Assembly (NCBI GenBank): GCA_963789265.1 | Contig: CAWBKB010000006.1 | Span: 192,001 to 256,000 of the forward strand | Direction of reading: 5' to 3' | Origin: an uncultured delta proteobacterium | GTDB lineage: Bacteria; Desulfobacterota; Desulfomonilia; Desulfomonilales; Desulfomonilaceae | Length of the DNA stretch: 64,000 bases | Part shown: positions 52,533 to 62,117 of the stretch, piece after piece | Position numbering within the stretch: the first letter of the stretch is position 1 | Layout: every line of letters begins with the position of its first letter | Program-made: the position numbers and the translations under genes | Notes under the pieces: model-generated | The model's input: the letters and a program-made list of their open reading frames with translations, nothing else | The model's database searches: none | What the model was told of the DNA's origin: nothing

Positions 52533-53507
52533 TCAAAGGGAAGATTGGAGCACCACGTATGAATTGTTGTCCAAGAACAATGACTTTGGCGTTTGATTAT
52601 CTGCTTCTTCGCCCGAGAACAGGACTCTGAGAAATGCCTTTGCCACGCGGGAAGGCCTGCTGTCCTTTTTCATCACCACGTCTATGGGTAGCGTAAGCGG
52701 ACCTTCTCTAAGCGGAATAGCTCGAAGGGAGCCTTTAGCCAGATCCGCGGCCACTCCCATTCGAGGCAGGAACGCGACAGCTCTTGACATTTTCACTAGT
52801 TCTTTCATGAAGTCCACATTGCTTGTTTCAACGAACACCGAAGGTACAATTCCCCGCTCTTTAAGTGCTGCTTCAACAACTCGCCTGACCCCCGATCCCA
52901 CTTCCCGCAATATCAGTTCTTGTCCTTTGAGATCTTCAATGGAAACCGTCGGCTTGCGGCACAACTTGTGCCCAGCCGCGGCCAAAAAGACGAGTTCGTC
53001 TTGAATGAACGGTATTATCTTCAAACTCGGGGTATAATCAACCCTCCCCACGATTGCCAGTTCGTTCAGGTTCTCCAAAACGCCCCGAACCATGTCCGCC
53101 GAGCTGCCTTCGTTCACCTGAATCTGTACCTTGGGAAATGATTCCCGAAATCTCGGGATGTAGCGGGCCAGAAGAAATCGCACCAGCGGCTTAGTACTGC
53201 CTATTCTCAGAATTGCCGGTAAAGCCGACTCAGGATGACTGAGAAGTTCGTCGGCTTCTTCCACCAGCCCGAATAGTCTCTTGGTGATCGTATGCAGCCT
53301 TTTGCCGCATTCAGTCAATTCAAGCTTTTTCTTCCCCCTTACAAACAGTAGTGTATCGTATCTCATTTCCAGTGCCTTGATTTGAGCACTTACGCCGGGC
53401 TGGGTGATGAACAATTGCTCGGCGGCACGGGAAACACTTCCACAATTGGCTGCGAAGTGGAAGGCTCTGAGCTGGTTCAGACTCAGGTCGATTCCCATGC
53501 CTAACAC
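52533..53507 (-). CDS. LysR family regulator (CysL/CmpR-like)
   Basis: SVSRAAEQLFITQPGVSAQIKALE HTH; ILREVGSGVR motif. Confidence 0.93.
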   Translation of the reverse strand: MLGMGIDLSLNQLRAFHFAANCGSVSRAAEQLFITQPGVSAQIKALEMRYDTLLFVRGKKKLELTECGKRLHTITKRLFGLVEEADELLSHPESALPAILRIGSTKPLVRFLLARYIPRFRESFPKVQIQVNEGSSADMVRGVLENLNELAIVGRVDYTPSLKIIPFIQDELVFLAAAGHKLCRKPTVSIEDLKGQELILREVGSGVRRVVEAALKERGIVPSVFVETSNVDFMKELVKMSRAVAFLPRMGVAADLAKGSLRAIPLREGPLTLPIDVVMKKDSRPSRVAKAFLRVLFSGEEADNQTPKSLFLDNNSYVVLQSSL

Positions 53508-53520
53508 CTTGGGGGGAGAT

Positions 53521-53556
53521 ATAACTTTTTTTTATATATTCATAAAATTAAGTGAT
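53521..53556. promoter_or_regulatory. Two LysR T-N11-A boxes in the divergent promoter
   Basis: ATAA-N7-TTAT (53521-35) and ATAA-N7-TGAT (53542-56). Confidence 0.62.
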
Positions 53557-53707
53557 TTGACATGCAAAGCTGAATCCCGTAACCCTGATCTTGAAGTGAA
53601 AATCTCCTCGTCGGAACACTGTTCACCGAATAAACCATTCTACAACAACTGCCTCTTCTCGTCAAAAACGCATTTGGCCTTCGGCCGAAAACAAGGAGGA
53701 TACATAG

Positions 53708-55333
53708 ATGGCTGAAGAATACGATGGCATAATCATCGGCGCCGGACCGAACGGATTAACTGTAGCCGCGTATCTGGCCAAAGCCGGTTTGAAGATTCTC
53801 GTACTGGAAAGGAGATTTGAAGCAGGAGGTGGGCTGGCCACCGAGCAAGTCACTTTGCCGGGCTTTCTCCACAATACCCACGCCGTCTATATGCCCATGG
53901 TCGATTATGCCCCGCCTCTAACAGATTTCAGCGAATACTTGACTCAAGACTACGACCTGAAATTCGTATTTCCGCCGCTGGTCATGGCCATGCCGTTTGC
54001 AGACGGTTCTTCCCTTTGTCTCTATCAGGATATTGAAAAGACCTGTAAATCAATTGCCCAGTTCTCCAGCAAGGATGCTGAAACCTACAGGAAGATTGCC
54101 GACCGCTACAGAGTCCTGACGGAAGATTTCCTCGGGCCTGCCACGTACGAAGAGGCCAAACCGGCCTTCGAGCAGATGGTTACCCTCCAACAAACCGATG
54201 TGGGGCGGGAGATCACCGAAATGACGGAAAAGACTCCACGGGAAATCATCGACACTCTGTTCGAGAACGACAGGGTAAGATGTCTCTTTCTATACCTCTC
54301 TTGCATGTGGGGCCTGAACTACGATCTGGAGGGAGTGAGCTATCTTGTTCCGCTGCTCATCAACCGTGCGATAAACTATCGTTTGGTTGTCGGCGGCTCT
54401 CACCATCTTGCCCATCTCTTCACGAAGGTGCTCTATCGGAATCGCGGCATGATCATCTCACCGGTAACTTTGAAGAGAGTTATCGTGAAGGACGGAACTG
54501 CGGTCGGCGTCGAGTTGGAGGATGGAACTGTTTACAGGGCAGGTAAATTCGTGGCCAGCAGTCTCGACCCTTATCAGACATTTCTAAAGTATGTCGGCCC
54601 GGAAAACCTGGAGGACCGATTCGTTACTCGGATCAACGACTGGAGATGGGAATCTTCCAGTTTCTTTCACGTCCATCTTGCTCTGAACGGTCGCCCGAGA
54701 TTCAAAGCGGCATCGGCCAATCCCGATTTGGACAACGCCTTGATTACCGTGGTCGGATACGAGACCGAGGAAAACCTCATCCGGCACTATGATGCAATCC
54801 ACAAGGGCGAGCTTTCCCCGGCTGGCTTCAACTGCTGCTTTCCTTCAATTCACGATCCTAAACAGGCTCCCGCGGGTAAGAATACGGCACTGATCTCGCT
54901 GCACGCCCCGCATGACCTCAAAGAGGGCGGTGCCGAGCGCTGGTATCGAATCAGGCAACAGGAAGCGACCCGATGCATCGATCTCCTGCGGGAGTACGCG
55001 GACGGTCTTGGGCCGGAAAATATACTCTGGCGCTATATAACAACACCTCTGGACATCGGAAACAAGTTCGCGGACATGGTCAAGGGATCGTACAAACAAG
55101 GAGCCTACTTGCCACTACAGATGGGATACCTCCGTCCCAACGAAGACTGCTCCCAACACGCCACCCCGATTAAGAATCTTTACGTTTGCGGAGCCAGTAC
55201 CTTCCCGGGTGGGCTCATCACCTTCGGTCCCGGATACAACGCCGCCAACAAAATTGCAGCGGATTTGGGTCTGAATCGGTGGTGGAGTGAAGCGGAGTGC
55301 GTTCTCAAGGCCAAGGCCAGAGGAACGTTATAG
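53708..55333 (+). CDS. Phytoene-desaturase-like (PYROXD2-type) FAD oxidoreductase, subunit 1
   Basis: IIGAGPNG Rossmann motif, [14 protein letters not shown] and [17 protein letters not shown] motifs. Confidence 0.88.
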   Translation: MAEEYDGIIIGAGPNGLTVAAYLAKAGLKILVLERRFEAGGGLATEQVTLPGFLHNTHAVYMPMVDYAPPLTDFSEYLTQDYDLKFVFPPLVMAMPFADGSSLCLYQDIEKTCKSIAQFSSKDAETYRKIADRYRVLTEDFLGPATYEEAKPAFEQMVTLQQTDVGREITEMTEKTPREIIDTLFENDRVRCLFLYLSCMWGLNYDLEGVSYLVPLLINRAINYRLVVGGSHHLAHLFTKVLYRNRGMIISPVTLKRVIVKDGTAVGVELEDGTVYRAGKFVASSLDPYQTFLKYVGPENLEDRFVTRINDWRWESSSFFHVHLALNGRPRFKAASANPDLDNALITVVGYETEENLIRHYDAIHKGELSPAGFNCCFPSIHDPKQAPAGKNTALISLHAPHDLKEGGAERWYRIRQQEATRCIDLLREYADGLGPENILWRYITTPLDIGNKFADMVKGSYKQGAYLPLQMGYLRPNEDCSQHATPIKNLYVCGASTFPGGLITFGPGYNAANKIAADLGLNRWWSEAECVLKAKARGTL

Positions 55334-55343
55334 GAGACGAATC

Positions 55344-55604
55344 ATGAAGGTCAATTCGACGGGTTTGGGTAAAACGACGATGGTGGCCAGCTTCGCCCAC
55401 CTCGAGAAAGTGAACGGCGAGCCGGGCGGAGCCATGAGACTGAACATAGAGGCTACGGAGCCCGTTCACTGGTCCATCAAGGCCACGGTCGGAGGTGACG
55501 ATCTGAGGAGGTTCGCACGTCTCATGTTGAAGCCTTCAATTCTTTTCCATGTCCTGTGGCTGCTGTGCTTCGGGAAAAAGCTGACTCCGCCGGAGCCCCA
55601 TTAA
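55344..55604 (+). CDS. Small hypothetical protein (86 aa) with hydrophobic C-terminus
   Basis: AGGAG RBS; MKVNSTGLGKTTMV...ILFHVLWLLCFG; fits tightly between two flavoprotein genes. Confidence 0.75.
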   Translation: MKVNSTGLGKTTMVASFAHLEKVNGEPGGAMRLNIEATEPVHWSIKATVGGDDLRRFARLMLKPSILFHVLWLLCFGKKLTPPEPH

Positions 55605-55640
55605 CAGGCCCCGCTTTCGACGAGAATAGGAGGTTTCTCC

Positions 55641-57307
55641 ATGGCTGAAAAAGCGTATGACGCAATCGTGGTCGGTGGTGGCCATCATGGAACGATCATA
55701 GCCTGCTATCTCCAACATGCAGGCATGCAAACCGTTATTTTTGAGAGACAGCACGAATTGGGCGGAGGAGCCTGCGGTGAAGCTCTGCCTTTGCCCGGTT
55801 TTTTCTGCAGAATCCCTGTGCACATTTTACCAGATTCTACGGACACCCTTCGTATGAAGATTTCAGACTGAAGGAAAAGGGCCTCGTTTACATTTATCCC
55901 GACCAGGGTGAAGGGATGATATACGACGACGGCGTGAGCTTCCTGGGTTACAACGCTTGGAGGGTTGTCGATGCGGACACAGGGAGGGCAGAGTTCGACG
56001 AAAAGAGCGCACAGAAAACAATCGACCAGATCGCCCGCTTCTCCCAGAGAGACGCGGACACTGCCTACGAACTCCTGAATACCTACCGCAATAAGTGGCG
56101 GGACAGCTTCAATGAGTGGAAATTCAATCCTCCAACTCCTTGGGGTGTTCCTGATGCGTTTGAGCGGCTCATCAACGATCCTGATGTTCCGATACCTCCG
56201 GAGTACCAGTTCTACACCTCCCAACAAGTTGCGTACGATCTCTTTGAAAGCGATTACTTGCGGACGCTCTTCATGAGGTCCTGCATGACCTCAAGCGGCA
56301 TTTTCCCCAACGATTGCATCGGAATCTATTGGACTCTGCACACGCTGGGTTTAATCCTCTCCTGGGAGCCCGCGGCCATAGCAATAGGAGGCACACACGC
56401 CATAACCCACGCGCTTCAACGAGCCTTCAGCTCGATGGGCGGGGAGTTCGTAGTTGAAACCCCGGTGGAAAGGGCAATCATCGAAAATGGAAAAGCGGTG
56501 GGGGTCAAGCTGGCCGACGGCCGCGAAATCGCCGCAAGAAAAGTCGTGGTAAGCGATCTCAACACTCCTCAGACATTGCTTCAGCTCATTGGTGAGGAGC
56601 ATCTGTCATGGAAGATCGCCAACAGGGCCAGGAATGTCCTCTTCAACAGGGCCCAGCTCTTCTGGGGAAATTTTGCGCTCCACGAGCTTCCCGCGTACAC
56701 GGCCGCCAAAGACAATCCTGAGATCGGCCTGCCCCCCAGGCTGAACTGGGGACCCAAAGACGCGGATTATTTTGCTACTCGCCATCAGGCCGAGATTTTC
56801 GTGAAGGGCATCCCCGAAAAGCTCGTCTGCATTGTCGCTCCTGACAGCATTTGGGACAGAACCAGAGCCCCTGAAGGGAAACATACCATACTCATCGAAC
56901 AGTTCACCGCACCCTATCGTTTTTTCAATGACAACGAATGGCTGAAAATGAAGAGGGACATTGTCAAGATTATGCTTGAGCAGTGGTCCTGGTACGCTCC
57001 CAACATGACCGAGGACAACCTCATTGAAGCGCACATTACCACCCCTATGGACGTGCAGATGCGCAACATCAACATGCCGCAGGGTGGTTGGAGCATGGAG
57101 GATACGATCGGCTCGCAGTTCGGGCGCATGAGGCCGTTTCCCGAGATAGCCAATTACCGCCTGCCTGTGCAGAATCTCTACATCGCCTCTGCCGCCACTC
57201 ATTCCGGTCCGGGGATAGGAAAGGGCAGTAGCTACAATTGCTTTAAGGTCATAGCGGAAGATTTCGGTCTACCCAAGATCTGGGAACAAAAGGGAAGGCC
57301 CTACTGA
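55641..57307 (+). CDS. Phytoene-desaturase-like FAD oxidoreductase, subunit 2, frameshift in a T6 run at ~55800
   Basis: VVGGGHHG and ELGGG motifs. After the shift LQNPCAHF... runs into ORF 55916, which carries GGTHAITHAL and LPVQNLYIASA. Confidence 0.85.
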
Positions 57308-57320
57308 TCGGGAGGAAACT

Positions 57321-58077
57321 ATGGGGCGGCTTGACGGTCGTGTGGCCATTGTCACCGGTGCCGGCAAAGGATTGGGCAAGGCCTTTTGCGTAAGACTCGC
57401 TCAGGAGGGCGCAGACATAGTCGCTGTGACGCGAGCGGATGCCGACGGCCTGGAAAATACCGGAAAGGAGGTGAGAGCTCTCGGCAGAGAAGTGTTGCTT
57501 AGCATGGTGGACGTCTCCAGCGAAGAAGACACTCTTAGAATGGCGCGGGAGGTGTCCAACCGGTTCGGGCGAATAGATATCCTGGTGAACAATGCCGCGT
57601 GTTACTGACGGGGTCACCAGAAAGCCTTTCACCGAAATATCCGTCGCAGATTGGGATAAGATGATGGCTGTGAACGTACGAGGCCCTTGGCTTTGTGCTC
57701 GAGCTGTGTTTCCTGCCATGAAACAATCCGGAAAAGGGAAGATCATAAACCTTGCATCTGAAGTCTTCTTCACCGGTTCACACGGATTCGCTCATTACGT
57801 GTCGTCAAAGGGCGGTGTCGTCGGCTTGACCCGGGCCTTGGCCGTAGAGTTGGGACCTCACGGAATATGTGTGAATGCAGTGGCTCCGGGGTATACCGAT
57901 ACAGAGGCGAGTCGGACAATTGCCGAAGTAAACAAGTATGACACGAGCAAAACCCCACTCAAAAGACTGGAGAAACCGGAAGACGTGGTGGGGATCGTAG
58001 CCTTTCTGGCTTCTGACGAAAGTGACTTCATAACGGGCCAAACTATGCTGGTGGATGGAGGGAGAGCCATGCACTGA
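57321..58077 (+). CDS. SDR oxidoreductase, apparent +1 frameshift at ~57603
   Basis: TGAGKGLG and NNAA in the first frame; HYVSSK, NAVAPG and VDGG in the second. Confidence 0.87.
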
Positions 58078-58300
58078 CAAGGACAAGCACGTCCCCGCGC
58101 AGAGGGTCGCTTACTCCTCTTCCGCTTTTTCACGAAGCTGTCTCGAAAAGCGGGCTTTCCTCTTGCGGCTCTCCCTACCTCGAACTCTTTGACAGGCCCT
58201 CCTCCGCGCGAGGCTGCCCATATAGTCAGATGGTTTCGGAAACCTCAGGTTAATCAGTTACACCCATTTCCCATACGTCCGCACAGAGGAGGAGCTAATC

Positions 58301-59983
58301 ATGAAGGTTTACGATGTGGTGCCCGGCTTGGAATTCGACCCTGAACACGATTTGGCCCAGTCTCCCGCGTGGTTCCTGGACGGAACCCATTCCGTTCCCC
58401 CCTGGACCCCCATGTTTGGGTGGTTCTGGATCAATTTCTGCAGACACGGCATGCAGTACGGCGCCCAAGAGTTGTCTCTGCCCACGGTCAAGGGCTGGGA
58501 CTGGCGCTTTATGAACGGTGGCGGCTATCTCACGCTTCTTCTGGTAAAGAGCGAGGAGGAGAAACAGAGGAGAGAAGCTCAATTCAAGAAGGCCATATTA
58601 CCATTCATCCAGGATTATGACGGGATGTGGAACGGCTTTGTCAAGGAAATCCTCGGGCGGTACGAGTCGCTAAAGTCACTGGACTTGGACAAAGCCACCA
58701 GTACCGAGCTTCTGGACAATTTCGAACAGACCATCAACACCTGCCGGCGCATGTGGGAAATCCACATGTACATGATGTACGGCACTTATACCGCTTACAT
58801 TCTCTTTGAAAACATGTGCCGTGAACTCGCCGGAATCGACGACACATCGCCTGTCTTCCACAGCGTTGTTTCAGGATTCGATAACAAAGTTTTCCAGGTT
58901 GATCGCCGACTCTGGGAATTTTCCAGACGAGCGGACGCTGACGGACTGTCTAATGTGTTCACGAAGAACGAAGCTCCGGAAATCAGGGGAAAACTGGAAG
59001 AGTCTGAAAAAGGAAAAGCATTCCTAAACGATTTTATGGCGTTCATGAACGAGGACGGCTGGCGTATGCAGCGCATGTCCGAGATCAACCTGCCGACCTG
59101 GGTGGAAGATCCCACACCTGCGCTGGGAATGGTAAAGCAGTTCATCCTCAAGGGAGGTTCGTTCAATCTCGATCAAGAACGCCAAAAGTTAAGCATCAGT
59201 CGCGAGGCGGCAGAAAAGGAGGTGTTGACCAAAGTCCCTCTCCAGCAGCGAGGATGGTTTGAGCAGTTAATGCGTCTTGCTCAAAAGAGCGGCATTTTCA
59301 GCGAGGAGCACGATCACTACCTGGATCTCTACACGCACGCCATGATCCGGCGCAGCGCTTTGGGGCTCGGGCGGCGGTTCGTTCAGGTCGGAGCCCTGGA
59401 CGATCCCGAAGACGTATTCTTCTTGATACCGGATGAGATTCGTCGTGCAGGTATAGCACCGGACCAATTCGACCTTCGATATATTGTGGAACGCAGGAAG
59501 GCGGACTGGGAGGAGTGGCAAAAGAAACCGAATCCTCCGGCGATTCTCAGGGAGGGATTCGACCTGGATCAAGCTATGGCGGTTCTCGTCAAATCCAACG
59601 ATCCCATTGCTCTGAAGGTGGTCGTAGGTGCCATGCCGCAGGTGCGTCCTGAATTGAAGGCCGACCTGTACGGAACCTGCGGCTCACCGGGAGTGGCCGA
59701 AGGTACGGCCCGGGTGATCCTGAGCGAGGACGAGCTTTACCTGGTGCAGGAAAACGACATTTTGGTCGCGGCGAGCACTTCTCCGAGCTGGACACCGGTC
59801 TTCTCCATGATCAAGGGCGTGGTGGTGGATCGCGGGGCAAGCTTGTCCCACGCTGCCATCGTGGGAAGAGAATACGGGATACCCGTTGTCATGAATGTCT
59901 TCGAAGGGACCGCCAAGATAAAGTCCGGCCAAAGGATCAAGGTGGATGCCAACATGGGCGCCGTATATGTTCTGGACAAGTGA
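58301..59983 (+). CDS. PEP-utilising enzyme, phenylphosphate synthase alpha-like subunit
   Basis: WFLDGTHSVPPWTPMFGW, GSPGVAEGTA, SWTPVF and GASLSHAAIVGREYGIP motifs. Confidence 0.9.
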   Translation: MKVYDVVPGLEFDPEHDLAQSPAWFLDGTHSVPPWTPMFGWFWINFCRHGMQYGAQELSLPTVKGWDWRFMNGGGYLTLLLVKSEEEKQRREAQFKKAILPFIQDYDGMWNGFVKEILGRYESLKSLDLDKATSTELLDNFEQTINTCRRMWEIHMYMMYGTYTAYILFENMCRELAGIDDTSPVFHSVVSGFDNKVFQVDRRLWEFSRRADADGLSNVFTKNEAPEIRGKLEESEKGKAFLNDFMAFMNEDGWRMQRMSEINLPTWVEDPTPALGMVKQFILKGGSFNLDQERQKLSISREAAEKEVLTKVPLQQRGWFEQLMRLAQKSGIFSEEHDHYLDLYTHAMIRRSALGLGRRFVQVGALDDPEDVFFLIPDEIRRAGIAPDQFDLRYIVERRKADWEEWQKKPNPPAILREGFDLDQAMAVLVKSNDPIALKVVVGAMPQVRPELKADLYGTCGSPGVAEGTARVILSEDELYLVQENDILVAASTSPSWTPVFSMIKGVVVDRGASLSHAAIVGREYGIPVVMNVFEGTAKIKSGQRIKVDANMGAVYVLDK

Positions 59984-60061
59984 GCAACCTTTAGCATAAG
60001 CGGGCACCGGGTTTTGGGCGTTTCCCGGTGCCCTGCCGCCACAGAAGGAGAGGGGACTCCG

Positions 60062-61084
60062 ATGCCGGAACAATGGATTTACTGGTTCGAAGAGTTGGGA
60101 AGCGAACATAATAATCTGGTGGGGAAAAAATGTGCCAATCTTGGGGAACTCACCAAGCTTGGATTACGGGTTCCGCCGGGTTTTGCCATATCGGTGGACG
60201 GGTATGAGAAGTTCATGGCCGAAACCGGAGCCGGTACCGAAATCAGACGTTACGTGCAGAGTAAGCGGGATCTCTTGACACACGTGGACCGACAGGTGGA
60301 GGCAGGTCGTGAAATCAGAGGGATTATCGAATCGAAGAAGATGCCTTCCCAAATGAGGGACGAGATCCATCGTAGATACGAATTTCTCTGCGGACGGGCG
60401 GGGATGCCCGATCTGCCGGTCGCAGTGCGATCCAGCGGTGCGGTGAGCATGCCCGGCCAGATGGAGACCTTTCTGAACGTCAAAGGTAAGGCTGACGTAA
60501 TCGAAAAAGTTATCCGAGTTTGGGGCAGTGCTTTCACCACCCGCGCCATTGCCTTCCGCTTGGAAAAAGGGATGGAAGTGGAAAAGGCCCCGATTGGGGT
60601 CGCGGTGCTCAAAATGGTCAATGCAAAATGTGCCGGAGTGGCGTTGACCGTGTTACCGACCACAGGCGATATGAGCAAAATAATCGTTGAAGGAAATTGG
60701 GGTCTTGGTGAGAGCGTGGTCAGCGGGGAGATGACTCCGGATCAATTTATCGTAGACAAGGCCTGCGGTGAGTTCGAGTGCACCGTGAACACCAAAAAGA
60801 AAATGATCTGCCGACATACGTCGGGTACTCAGGTGGTTCAGGTGCCCAAGGAGAGGCAATGCCGGCCTTGTCTTGAACCCGAGGAACTACAAGAGATAGC
60901 TCGCATTGCAAAACAGGTTGAATCTCACTTCGACCTGCCCCAGGACATGGAATGGGTCATAGACGAAGATCTCGGATTTCCTGAAAGCATTCTATGGGTG
61001 CAGACCCGACCGGCCAAATACTCAATGAAAACTAATGAATCCGAGTACCTGGCAGAACTCATGTCTCGTGTCTTCAAGGTGTGA
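60062..61084 (+). CDS. PEP-synthase nucleotide-binding subunit, phenylphosphate synthase beta-like
   Basis: VGKKCANLGEL, AVRSSG, PGQMETFLNV, NWGLGESVVSG and QDMEW motifs. Confidence 0.9.
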   Translation: MPEQWIYWFEELGSEHNNLVGKKCANLGELTKLGLRVPPGFAISVDGYEKFMAETGAGTEIRRYVQSKRDLLTHVDRQVEAGREIRGIIESKKMPSQMRDEIHRRYEFLCGRAGMPDLPVAVRSSGAVSMPGQMETFLNVKGKADVIEKVIRVWGSAFTTRAIAFRLEKGMEVEKAPIGVAVLKMVNAKCAGVALTVLPTTGDMSKIIVEGNWGLGESVVSGEMTPDQFIVDKACGEFECTVNTKKKMICRHTSGTQVVQVPKERQCRPCLEPEELQEIARIAKQVESHFDLPQDMEWVIDEDLGFPESILWVQTRPAKYSMKTNESEYLAELMSRVFKV

Positions 61085-61109
61085 ACGGTGCCCTTGTGAG
61101 GAGGATCTC

Positions 61110-61769
61110 ATGACCATCCTTTTTACCCAGTCCTGGGACGTGATTCCGGGAAAATTCGATGAATACTCCGAGTTCATGACGAACGAATATAATCCTTCCC
61201 TCGAGAGTCTGGGAATCAATCTGCTGGGGGGGTACTACGTTGCAGTCGGTCAAGGCCCGAGAATCAAAGCGGTTGCTTCTGTAGAGGAACACGATTACCT
61301 GCGAAAGATCTTGGCCACCGATGCGTACTGGATTATATATTCCAAACTCATGAGCTTTGTATCCGAATACTACAGCAAACTGTGGGTATCCACAGGCCGA
61401 CTGCTTGAGGAGCCTTACAGGATTCAAACCAGCGCCTGGAAGTTCAATCAGTACTACAATATAGTTCCAGGAACGGAACAAGAGCATTATCACTTCGTCA
61501 AAGAGGAATGCATTCCGGGGATGAAGGAATTGAAGGTGCCCATAACCGGAACATGGAGGCTGGCAATCGGCAACGGTCCCACAATCTTGGGTGAATGCAG
61601 CGCCCGTAGCATTGTGGAAATTGCCACGGCCATTGACACTTCAGATTTCAGGCGATTGATCCGCAGAATGAAGAAAAATTATGCCACACATTTCAGCAGC
61701 AAAATACTGGCGCCTACCGGAAGAATCGAAATTCCGTTCTTCATGAAAGAGATGATGAAAGGATTTTAA
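61110..61769 (+). CDS. Hypothetical protein, probably two tandem dimeric alpha/beta-barrel (NIPSNAP-like) domains
   Basis: Internal repeat: FTQSWDVIPGK...GGYYVAVGQGP versus FNQYYNIVPGT...GTWRLAIGNGP; GAGGAGG RBS. Confidence 0.65.
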   Translation: MTILFTQSWDVIPGKFDEYSEFMTNEYNPSLESLGINLLGGYYVAVGQGPRIKAVASVEEHDYLRKILATDAYWIIYSKLMSFVSEYYSKLWVSTGRLLEEPYRIQTSAWKFNQYYNIVPGTEQEHYHFVKEECIPGMKELKVPITGTWRLAIGNGPTILGECSARSIVEIATAIDTSDFRRLIRRMKKNYATHFSSKILAPTGRIEIPFFMKEMMKGF

Positions 61770-61771
61770 CC

Positions 61772-62092
61772 ATGTATGTGCGTATGACTTTTTTCAAAGT
61801 AAAGGACGGGAAAATGGATGCCCTCCGCGATCTTTATAACAAGGATGTCATCTCGGCCCACAAGAATCACAAAGGTATAAGGTTCGTGCACCTCTTGGAA
61901 TGTCTGGACGACAAAAATGAAGGAATATCCGTCACCGCATGGGATACGAAAGCTGACCTGGATGCATACGAGGCAAGCGGCGATTATGGGAGACTGCGCG
62001 GTCTATTCAACGAAATGTACAGCGCCGAGCCCGGGCTCAAGTCCTATGAGGTCACCGCAAGTTCCGAGCCGATCCTTTTAAGAATGTTCTGA
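61772..62092 (+). CDS. ABM (antibiotic biosynthesis monooxygenase-like) dimeric alpha/beta-barrel protein
   Basis: MYVRMTFFKVKDGK...KGIR...ISVTAWDT...YEV pattern, 106 aa. Confidence 0.72.
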   Translation: MYVRMTFFKVKDGKMDALRDLYNKDVISAHKNHKGIRFVHLLECLDDKNEGISVTAWDTKADLDAYEASGDYGRLRGLFNEMYSAEPGLKSYEVTASSEPILLRMF

Positions 62093-62117
62093 TCCGGAAT
62101 AAAGACAGGGAACACTT

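Noticed and set aside
53708..57307. Carotenoid biosynthesis (crtI/crtO)
   Set aside because: No crtB, crtE or cyclase gene nearby; the neighbours are catabolic enzymes.
58301..61084. Rifampin phosphotransferase resistance gene
   Set aside because: Similar domain set, but RPH is a single fused chain. Here it is split like phenylphosphate synthase and embedded in a metabolic operon.
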